Below the pieces are notes generated by a model. It ran no database searches, had not been told where the DNA came from, and saw nothing but the letters and a program-made list of their open reading frames with translations. Both the position numbers and the translations under genes were made by a program. A stretch of DNA of 64,000 nucleotides, taken from assembly GCA_051362555.1 (NCBI GenBank), contig CM120640.1, positions 30,523,967-30,587,966 on the forward strand, in the 5' to 3' direction. This DNA comes from Lingula anatina (lineage: Eukaryota; Animalia; Brachiopoda). Of the stretch, positions 53,676 to 64,000 are shown in pieces; positions within the stretch are counted from its first letter, which is position 1; each line of letters opens with the position of its first letter.

Positions 53676-54549
53676 TTAAACGTTAATAATTTTGTCAAAT
53701 CTGGTCTAATATTTCTGAAATTTGTACAAATTATGCTTAACAACAATAGAAATCTGTGATAAGCTGATCAGTTGTTTGTATAGAATGAAAAGTGTTTTAA
53801 ATATATTTGCGAAAACCAAAAATTACATTGAAAAGACTGGGAATTCGCAGGACTTGAAATAGTTAAACATTAATAATTTTGTCAAATCAATTCCAATATT
53901 TATGAAATTTGTACAAATGATGCTTAACAACAATAAAAATCTGTGATATGCTGATCAGTTGTCTGTGTGTAATAAAAAGTGTTTTTTGGGACAACAAATT
54001 TGGGAAAACTGAAAATTACATTGAAAAGACTGGTAAATCCCAGGCCTTAAAATAGTTAAACGTTAATAATTTTGTCAAATTTTGTCCTATATTTCTAAAA
54101 TTTGTACAAATGATGCTTAACAACAATAGAAATCTGTGATAAGCTGATCAGTTGTCTGTATTGAATGAAAAGTGTTTTTTAGGACAATGTATTTGCGAAA
54201 AACCAAAAATTACATTGAAAAGACTGGGAATTCGCAGGATTTGAAATAGTGAAACGTTAATAATTTTGTCAAATCTAGTCCAATATTTATGAAATTTGTA
54301 CAAATGATGCTTAACAACAATAAAAATCTGTGATAAGCTGATCAGTTGTCTGTGTCTAATGAAAAGTGTTTTTTGGGACAACATATTTGGGAAAACTGAA
54401 AATTACATTGAAAAGACTGGCAAAACCCAGACCTCAAAATAGTTAAACGTTAATAATTTTGTCAAATCTGGTGGAATATTTCTGAAATTTGTACAAATGA
54501 TGCTTAACAATAATAAAAATCTGTGATAAGCTGATCAGTTATCTGAGTC

Positions 54550-55013
54550 TTTTCTTTTAAGTGTCAAGTGTATGGGAAATTGATCATCAGAAGAGTGAGA
54601 ATTAACCAAAACAAATATTTCAATATTGCAATGTATTATTTACTCTGAAAGTAAACAGCAAATGTGATGATTTGAGGTTGTTTGTGTAAGAGGTTGCAAA
54701 TTACCTATAACTGTCATCTGGAAAACATTATATACCCATACAAGAGTTCTCCTTACTACCTCTGCAAGATGCAGATTAGTTCTTTCTGGAAGGGGTTGTT
54801 GTTATCACAATACTCAACAAGGCCCTAAATCTTGCCAAATATCATGTATTGTACACATGGAGAAGACACAGTGCTGCTCTTGGTGGTATCTTTCACTAAC
54901 TGCTTTTTAAGCTTTTTCATGGTGAGGGTACTCTGAAACAAGAACAATATAACTGAAAGGACTGAAAATTACATTTGAAAAGAATGACAAATTCGGTGAC
55001 TTAATTAAAATAA
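54550..55013 (+). repeat. Spacer block copy 26 (B)
   Basis: Diagnostic B alleles. Confidence 0.95.
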
Positions 55014-56859
55014 TTAAACGTTAATAATTTTGTCAAATCTGGTCCAATATTTCTGAAATTTGAACAAATGATGCTTAACAACAATAAAAATCAGTGATAA
55101 GCTGATCAGTTGTCTGTGTGTAATGAAAAGTGTTTTTTGGGACAACAAATTTGGGAAAACTGAAAATTACATTGAAACGACTGGCAAATCCCAGGCCTTA
55201 AAATAGTTAAACGTTAATAATTTTGTCAAATTTTGTCCTATATTCCTGAAATTTGTACACATGATGCTTAACAAAAATAGAAATCTGTGATAAGTTGACC
55301 AGTTGTCTGTATTGAATGAAAAGTGTTTTTTAGGACAATATATTTGCGAAAACCAAAAATTACATTGAAAAGACTGGGAATTCGCAGGACTTGAAATAGT
55401 TAAACGTTAATAATTTTGTCAAATCTGGTCCAATATTTCTGAAATTTGTACAAATGATGCTTAACAACAATAAAAATCTGTGATAAGCTGATCAGTTGTC
55501 TGTGTCTAATGAAAAGTTTGTTTTTTTTGGGACAACATATTTGGGAAAACTGAAAATTACATTGAAAAGACAAGCAAAACCCAGACCTTAAAATAGTTAA
55601 ACATTAATAATTTTGTCAAATCTTGTGGAATATTTCTGAAATTTGTACAAATGATGCTTAACAGGAATAAAAATCTGTGATAAGCTGATCAGTTGTCAGT
55701 TTCTTATGAAAAGTTTTTTAGGACAATATATTTGCGAAAAACCAAAAATTACATTGAAAAGACTGGCAAATCCCAGGCCTCAAAATAGTTAAATGTTAAT
55801 AATTTTGTCAAATCTAGTCCAATATTTCTGAAATTTGTACAAATAATGCTTAACAACAATAAAAGTCTGTGATAAGCTGATCAGCTGTCTGTGTGTAATG
55901 AAAAGTGTTTTTTGGGACAACATATTTGGGAAAACTGAAAATTACATTGAAAAGACTGGCAAAACCCAGACCTTAAAATAGTTAAACATTAATAATTTTG
56001 TCAAATCTTGTGGAATATTTCTGAAATTTGTACAAATAATGCTTAACAACAATAAAAGTGTGTGATAAGCTGATCAGCTGTCTGTGTGTAATGAAAAGTG
56101 TTTTTTGGGACAACATATTTGGGAAAACTGAATATTACATTGAAAAGACTGGGAATTCGCAGGACTTGAAATAGTTAAACGTTAATAATTTTGTCAAATC
56201 TTGTCCTATATTTCTGAAATTTGTACAAATGATGCTTAACAACAATAGAAATCTGTGATAAGCTGATCAGTTGTCTGTATTGAATGAAAAGTGTTTTTTA
56301 GGACAATATATTTGCGAAAACCAAAAATTACATTGAAAAGACTGGGAATTCGCAGGACTTGAAATAGTTAAACGTTAATAATTTTGTCAAATCTGGTCCA
56401 ATATTTCTGAAATTTGTACAAATGATGCTTAACAACAATAAAAATCTGTGATATGCTAAGCAGTTGTCTGTGTGTAATGAAAAGTGTTTTTTGGGACAAC
56501 AAATTTGGGAAAACTGAAAATTACATTGAAAAGACTGGTAAATCCGAGGCCTTAAAATAGTTAAACGTTAATAATTTTGTCAAATTTTGTCCTATATTTC
56601 TGAAATTTGTACAAATGATGCTTAACAAAAATAGAAATCTGAGAAAAGCTGATCAGTTGTTTGTATTGAATGAAAAGTGTTTTTTGGGACAATAAATTTG
56701 TGAAAACCAAAAATTACATTGAAAAGACTGGCAAAACCCAGACCTCAAATAGTTAAACGTTAATAATTTTGTCAAATCTGGTGGAATATTTCTGAAATTT
56801 GTACAAATGATGCTTAACAATAATAAAAATCTGTGATAAGCTGATCAGTTATCTGAGTC

Positions 56860-57322
56860 TTTTCTTTTAAGTGTCAAGTGTATGGGAAATTGATCATCAG
56901 AAGAGTGAGAATTAACCAAAACAAATATTTCAATATTGCTATGTATTATTTACTCTGAAAGTAAACAGCAAATGTGATGATTTGAGGTTGTTTGTGTAAG
57001 AGGTTGCAAATTACCTATAACTGTCATCTGGAAAACAATATATACCATACAAGAGTTCTCCTTACTACCTCTGCAAGATGCAGATTAGTCCTTTCTGGAA
57101 GGGGTTGTTGTTATCACAATACTCAACAAGGCCCTAAATCTTGCCAAATATCATGTATTGTACACATGGAGAAGACACAGTGCTACTCTTGGTGGTATCT
57201 TTCACTAACTGCTTTTTAAGCTTTTTCATGGTGAGGGTACTCTGAAACAAGAACAATATAACTGAAAGGACTGAAAATTACATTTCAAAAGAAAGACAAA
57301 TTTGGTGACTTAATTAAAATAA
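56860..57322 (+). repeat. Spacer block copy 27 (C)
   Basis: Diagnostic C alleles. Confidence 0.95.
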
Positions 57323-58199
57323 TTAAACGTTAATAATTTTGTCAAATCTGGTCTAATATTTCTGAAATTTGAACAAATGATGCTAAACAACTATAAAAAT
57401 CAGTGATAAGCTGATCAGTTGTCTGTGTCTAATGAAAAGTGCTTTTTTGGACAACATATTTGGGAAAACTGAAAATTACATTGATAAGACTGGCAAAACC
57501 CAGACCTTAAAATAGTTAAACATTAATAATTTTGTCAAATCTTGTGGAATATTCCTGAAATTTGTACAAATGATGCTTAACAATAATAAAAATCTGTGAT
57601 AAGCTGATCAGTTGTCTGTTTCTAATGAAAAGTTTTTTTAGGACAATATATTTGCGAAAACCAAAAATTACATTGAAAATACTGGGAATTCGCAGGACTT
57701 GAAATAGTTAAACGTTAATAATTTTGTCAAATCTTGTCTTATATTTCTGAAATTTGTACAAATGATGCTTAACAACAATACAAATCTGTGATAAGCTGAT
57801 CAAATGTCTGTATTGAATGAAAAGTGTTTTTTGGGACAACAAATTTGGGAAAACTGAAAATTACATTGAAAAGACTGGTAAATCCCAGGCCTTAAAATAG
57901 TTAAACGTTAATAATTTTGTCAAATTTTGTCCTATATTTCTGAAATTTGTACAAATGATGCTTAACAAAAATAGAAATCTGAGAAAAGCTGATCAGTTGT
58001 TTGTATTGAATGAAAAGTGTTTTTTAGGACAATATATTTGTGAAAACCAAAAATTACATTGAAAAGACTGGCAAAACCCAGACCTCAAATAGTTAAACGT
58101 TAATAATTTTGTCAAATCTGGTGGAATATTTCTGAAATTTGTACAAATGATGCTTAACAATAATAAAAATCTGTGATAAGCTGATCAGTTATCTGAGTC

Positions 58200-58663
58200 T
58201 TTTCTTTTAAGTGTCAAGTGTATGTGAAATTGATCATCAGAAGAGTGAGAATTAACCAAAACAAATATTTCAATATTGCAATGTATTATTTACTCTGAAA
58301 GTAAACAGCAAATGTGATGATTTGAGGTTGTTTGTGTAAGAGGTTGCAAATTACCTATAACTGTCATCTGGAAAACAATATATACCCATACAAGAGTTCT
58401 CCTTACTACCTCTGCAAGATGCAGATTAGTCCTTTCTGGAAGGGGTTGTTGTTATCACAATACTCAACAAGGCCCTAAATCTTGCCAAATATCATGTATT
58501 GTACACATGGAGAAGACACAGTGCTACTCTTTGTGGTATCTTTCACTAACTGCTTTTTAAGCTTTTTCATGGTGAGGGTACTCTGAAACAAGAACAATAT
58601 AACTGAAAGGACTGAAAATTACATTTGAAAAGAAAGACAAATTTGGTGACTTAATTAAAATAA
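58200..58663 (+). repeat. Spacer block copy 28 (D)
   Basis: D alleles plus TATGTGAAAT. Confidence 0.95.
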
Positions 58664-60314
58664 TTAAACGTTAATAATTGTGTCAAATCTGGTCCAATAT
58701 TTCTGAAATTTGAACAAATGATGCTTAACAACTATAAAAATCAGTGATAAGCTGATCAGTTGTCTGTGTCTAATGAAAAGTGTTTTTTTGGACGACATAT
58801 TTGGGAAAACTGAAAATTACATTGAAAAGACTGGCAAAACCCAGACCTTAAAATAGTTAAACATTAATAATTTTGTCAAATCTTGTGGAATATTCCTGAA
58901 ATTTGTACAAATGATGCTTAACAATAATAAAAATTTGTGATAAGCTGATCAGTTGTCTGTTTCTAATGAAAAGTTTTTTTTAGGACAATATATTTGCGAA
59001 AACCAAAAATTACATTGAAAATACTGGGAATTCGCAGGACTTGAAATAGTTAAACGTTAATAATTTTGTCAAATCTGGTTCAATATATCTGCAATTTGTA
59101 CAAATGATGCTTAACAATAATAAAAATCTGTGATAAGCTGATCAGTTGTCTGTTTCTAATGAAAAGTTTTTTTTAGGACAATATATTTGCGAAAACCAAA
59201 AATTACATTGAAAATACTGGGAATTCGCAGGACTTGAAATAGTTAAACGTTAATAATTTTGTCAAATCTGGTTCAATATATCTGCAATTTGTACAAATGA
59301 TGCTTGACAACAATAAAAATTAGTGATAAGCTGATCAGTTGTCTGTGTCTAATGAAAAGTTTTTTTTTTGGGACAACATATTTGGGAAAACTGAAAATTA
59401 CATTGAAAAGACAAGCAAAACCCAGACCTTAAAATAGTTAAACATTAATAATTTTGTCAAATCTTGTGGAATATTTCTGAAATTTGTACAAATGATGCTT
59501 AACAGGAATAAAAATCTGTGATAAGCTGATCAGTTGTCAGTTTCTTATGAAAAGTTTTTTAGGACAATATATTTGCGAAAAACCAAAAATTACATTGAAA
59601 ATACTGGCAAATCCCAGGCCTCAAAATAGTTAAATGTTAATAATTTTGTCAAATCTAGTCCAATATTTCTGAAATTTGTACAAATAATGCTTAACAACAA
59701 TAAAAGTCTGTGATAAGCTGATCAGCTGTCTGTGTGTAATGAAAAGTGTTTTTTGGGACAACATATTTGGGAAAACTGAATATTACATTGAAAAGACTGG
59801 GAATTCGCAGGACTTGAAATAGTTAAACGTTAATAATTTTGTCAAATCTGGTCCAATATTTCTGAAATTTGAACAAATGATGCTTAACAACAATAAAAAT
59901 CTGTGATATGCTAATCAGTTGTCTGTGTGTAATAAAAAGTGTTTTTTGGGACAACAAATTTGGGAAAACTGAAAATTACATTGAAAAGACTGGTAAATCC
60001 CAGGCCTTAAAATAGTTAAATGTTAATAATTTTGTCAAATTTTGTCCTATATTTCTGAAATTTGTACAAATGATGCTTAACAACAATAAAAATCTGAGAA
60101 AAGCTGATCAGTTGTCTGTGTCTAATAAAAAGTGTTTTTTAGGACAATATATTTGTGAAAAATAAAAATTACATTGAAAAGACTGGCAAAACCCAGACCT
60201 CAAATAGTTAAACGTTAATAATTTTGTCAAATCTGGTGGAATATTTCTGAAATTTGTACAAATGATGCTTAACAATAATAAAAATCTGTGATAAGCTGAT
60301 CAGTTATCTGAGTC

Positions 60315-60778
60315 TTTTCTTTTAAGTGTCAAGTGTATGGGAAATTGATCATCAGAAGAGTGAGAATTAACCAAAACAAATATTTCAATATTGCAATGTA
60401 TTATTTACTCTGAAAGTAAACAGCAAATGTGATGATTTGAGGTTGTTTGTGTAAGAGGTTGCAAATTACCTATAACTGTCATCTGGAAAACAATATATAC
60501 CCATACAAGAGTTCTCCTTACTACCTCTGCAAGATGCAGATTAGTCCTTTCTGGAAGGGGTTGTTGTTATCACAATACTCAACAAGGCCCTAAATCTTGC
60601 CAAATATCATGTATTGTACACATGGAGAAGACACAGTGCTACTCTTTGTGGTATCTTTCACTAACTGCTTTTTAAGCTTTTTCATGGTGAGGGTACTCTG
60701 AAACAAGAACAATATAACTGAAAGGACTGAAAATTACATTTGAAAAGAAAGACAAATTTGGTGACTTAATTAAAATAA
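60315..60778 (+). repeat. Spacer block copy 29 (D)
   Basis: Diagnostic D alleles. Confidence 0.95.
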
Positions 60779-61142
60779 TTAAACGTTAATAATTTTGTCA
60801 AATCTGGTCCTATATTTCTGAAATTTGTACAAATGATGCTTAACAACAATAGAAATCTGTGATAAGCTGATCAGTTGTCTGTATTGAATGAAAAGTGTTT
60901 TTTAGGACAATATATTTGCGAAAACCAAAAATTACATTGAAAATACTGGGAATTCGCAGGACTTGAAATAGTTAAACGTTAATAATTTTGTCAAATCTGG
61001 TCCAATATTTCTAAAATTTGTACAAATGATGCTTAACAACAATAAAAATCTGTGATATGCTAAGCAGTTGTCTGTGTGTAATGAAAAGTGTTTTTTGGGA
61101 CAACAAATTTGGGAAAACTGAAAATTACATTGAAAAGACTGG

Positions 61143-61150
61143 TACATGTA
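61143..61150. mobile_element. Putative TA-CATG-TA excision footprint, third copy
   Basis: GGTACATGTAAATCCC at 45970+15173. Confidence 0.6.
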
Positions 61151-61662
61151 AATCCCAGGCCTTAAAATAGTTAAACGTTAATAATTTTGTCAAATTTTGT
61201 CCTATATTTCTGAAATTTGTACAAATGATGCTTAACAAAAATAGAAATCTGTGATAAGCTGATCAAATGTCTGTATTGAATGAAAAGTGTTTTTTGGGAC
61301 AACAAATTTGGGAAAACTGAAAATTATATTGAAAAGACTGGTAAATCCCAGGCCTTAAAATAGTTAAACGTTAATAATTTTGTCAAATTTTGTCCTATAT
61401 TTCTGAAATTTGTACAAATGATGCTTAACAAAAATAGAAATCTGAGAAAAGCTGATCAGTTGTTTGTATTGAATGAAAAGTGTTTTTTAGGACAATATAT
61501 TTGTGAAAACCAAAAATTACATTGAAAAGACTGGCAAAACCCAGACCTCAAATAGTTAAACATTAATAATTTTGTCAAATCTGCTGGAATATTTCTGAAA
61601 TTTGTACAAATGATGCTTAACAATAATAAAAATCTGTGATAAGCTGATCAGTTATCTGAGTC

Positions 61663-62125
61663 TTTTCTTTTAAGTGTCAAGTGTATGGAAAATTGATCAT
61701 CAGAAGAGTGAGAATTAACCAAAACAAATATTTCAATATTGCAATGTATTATTTACTCTGAAAGTAAACAGCAAATGTGATGATTTGAGGTTGTTTGTGT
61801 AAGAGGTTGCAAATTACCTATAACTGTCATCTGGAAAACAATATATACCATACAAGAGTTCTCCTTACTACCTCTGCAAGATGCAGATTAGTCCTTTCTG
61901 GAAGGGGTTGTTGTTATCACAATACTCAACAAGGCCCTAAATCTTGCCAAATATCATGTATTGTACACATGGAGAAGACACAGTGCTACTCTTTGTAGTA
62001 TCTTTCACTAACTGCTTTTTAAGCTTTTTCATGGTGAGGGTACTCTGAAACAAGAACAATATAACTGAAAGGACTGAAAATTACATTTGAAAAGAAAGAC
62101 AAATTTGGTGACTTAATTAAAATAA
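61663..62125 (+). repeat. Spacer block copy 30 (same recombinant as copy 22)
   Basis: GGAAAATTG, CTTTGTAG alleles. Confidence 0.93.
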
Positions 62126-63003
62126 TTAAACGTTAATAATTTTGTCAAATCTGGACCAATATTTCTGAAATTTGAACAAATGATGCTTAACAACAATAAA
62201 AATCAGTGATAAGCTGATCAGTTGTCTGTGTCTAATGAAAAGTGTTTTTTTGGACAACATATTTGGGAAAACTGAAAATTACATTGAAAAGACTGGCAAA
62301 ACCCAGACCTTAAAATAGTTAAACATTAATAATTTTGTCAAATCTTGTGGAATATTTCTGAAATTTGTACAAATGATGCTTAACAATAATAAAAATCTGT
62401 GATAAGCTGATCAGTTGTCTGTTTCTAATGAAAAGTTTTTTTAGGACAATATATTTGCGAAAACCAAAAATTACATTGAAAAGACTGGGAATTCGCAGGA
62501 CTTGAAATAGTTAAACGTTAATCATTTTGTCAAATCTAGTCCAATATTTATGAAATTTGTACAAATGATGCTTAACAACAATAAAAATCTGTGATAAGCT
62601 GATCAGTTGTCTGTGTCTAATGAAAAGTGTTTTTTGGGACAACATATTTGGGAAAACTGAAAATTACATTGAAAAGACTGGGAAAACCCAGACCTTAAAA
62701 TAGTTAAACGTTAATAATTTTGTCAAATCTTGTGGAATATTTCTGAAATTTGTACAAATGATGCTTAACAACAATAAAAATCTGTGATAAGCTGATCAGT
62801 TGTCTGTATTGAATGAAAAGTGTTTTTTGGGACAACATATTTGGGAAAACTGAAAATTACATTGAAAAGACTGGCAAAACCCAGACCTCAAAATAGTTAA
62901 ACGTTAATAATTTTGTCAAATCTGGTGGAATATTTCTGAAATTTGTACAAATGATGCTTAACAATAATAAAAATCTGTGATAAGCTGATCAGTTATCTGA
63001 GTC

Positions 63004-63465
63004 TTTTCTTTTAAGTGTCAAGTGTATGGGAAATTGATCATCAGAAGAGTGAGAATTAACCAAAACAAATATTTCAATATTGCAATGTATTATTTACTCT
63101 GAAAGTAAACAGCAAATGTGATGATTTGAGGTTGTTTGTGTAAGAGGTTGCAAATTACCTATAACTGTCATCTGGAAAACAATATATACCATACAAGAGT
63201 TCTCCTTACTACCTCTGCAAGATGCAGATTAGTCCTTTCTGGAAGGGGTTGTTGTTATCACAATACTCAACAAGGCCCTAAATCTTGCCTATATCATGTA
63301 TTGTACACATGGAGAAGACACAGTGCTACTCTTGGTGGTATCTTTCACTAACTGCTTTTTAAGCTTTTTCATGGTGAGGGTACTCTGAAACAAGAACAAT
63401 ATAACTGAAAGGACTGAAAATTACATTTGAAAAGAAAGACAAATTTGGTGACTTAATTAAAATAA
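63004..63465 (+). repeat. Spacer block copy 31 (1 bp shorter)
   Basis: CTTGCCTATATC instead of CTTGCCAAATATC. Confidence 0.93.
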
Positions 63466-64000
63466 TTAAACGTTAATAATTTTGTCAAATCTGGACCAAT
63501 ATTTCTGAAATTTGAACAAATGATGCTTAACAACAATAAAAATCAGTGATAAGCTGATCAGTTGTCTGTGTCTAATGAAAAGTGTTTTTTTGGACAACAT
63601 ATTTGGGAAAACTGAAAATTACATTGAAAAGACTGGCAAAACCCAGACCTTAAAATAGTTAAACATTAATAATTTTGTCAAATCTTGTGGAATATTTCTG
63701 AAATTTGTACAAATGATGCTTAACAATAATAAAAATCTGTGATAAGCTGATCAGTTGTCTGTTTCTAATGAAAAGTTTTTTTAGGACAATATATTTGCGA
63801 AAACCAAAAATTACATTGAAAAGACTGGGAATTCGCAGGACTTGAAATAGTTAAACGTTAATCATTTTGTCAAATCTAGTCCAATATTTATGAAATTTGT
63901 ACAAATGATGCTTAACAACAATAAAAATCTGTGATAAGCTGATCAGTTGTCTGTGTCTAATGAAAAGTGTTTTTTGGGACAACATATTTGGGAAAACTGA

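Larger units (their letters stand above)
47718..62890 (+). repeat. 15,173-bp higher-order unit, copy 2
   Basis: Directly adjacent to and near-identical with 32545-47717; one substitution noticed (G45840 vs A61013). Confidence 0.93.
1..64000 (+). repeat. Tandem satellite DNA array, 193-bp AT-rich monomer with interspersed 463-464-bp spacer blocks; runs off both window ends
   Basis: ATTACATTGAAAAGACT recurs at 21 and 214 (period 193) and throughout; near-invariant blocks AAATAGTTAAAC(G/A)TTAATAATTTTGTC, ATTTGTACAAAT and GATAAGCTGATCAGTT in nearly every unit; no inversion seen. Confidence 0.98.

Noticed and set aside
1-64000. CRISPR array or integron-like cassette array
   Set aside because: No short constant repeat with unique spacers; the intervening blocks are themselves near-identical, and no cas or integrase genes are present

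Overview
The whole 64-kb window is one AT-rich (about 70% A+T, counted on monomer 1) eukaryotic-type tandem satellite array, all in one orientation. It has two components. The first is a 193-bp monomer (about 255-260 monomer lengths) built from a small set of recurring variant blocks. The second is a 463-464-bp spacer block, present 31 times, nearly invariant between copies and always at the same monomer position. Spacer-to-spacer distances are always about 570 + n x 193 bp, most often about 1.34 kb (7 monomer-equivalents). The spacers fall into four haplotypes that cycle A-B-C-D. Higher-order repeats are nested at about 1.34 kb, 2.7 kb and 11.5-11.9 kb, and there is a near-perfect 15,173-bp tandem duplication (32545-47717 / 47718-62890). 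I find no convincing protein-coding gene, rRNA, tRNA, CRISPR array or intact transposon; the supplied ORFs are repeat by-products. Points of interest: the spacer looks like fossil, heavily diverged monomers, yet its minus strand carries splice-like signals and a 31-codon ORF whose multi-copy SNPs are all synonymous. A TA-CATG-TA Tc1/mariner-type excision footprint is carried in three copies. The monomer contains several dyad symmetries, including a conserved CTG-N8-CAG stem around its most variable segment. The organism and any centromeric role cannot be determined from this sequence alone.
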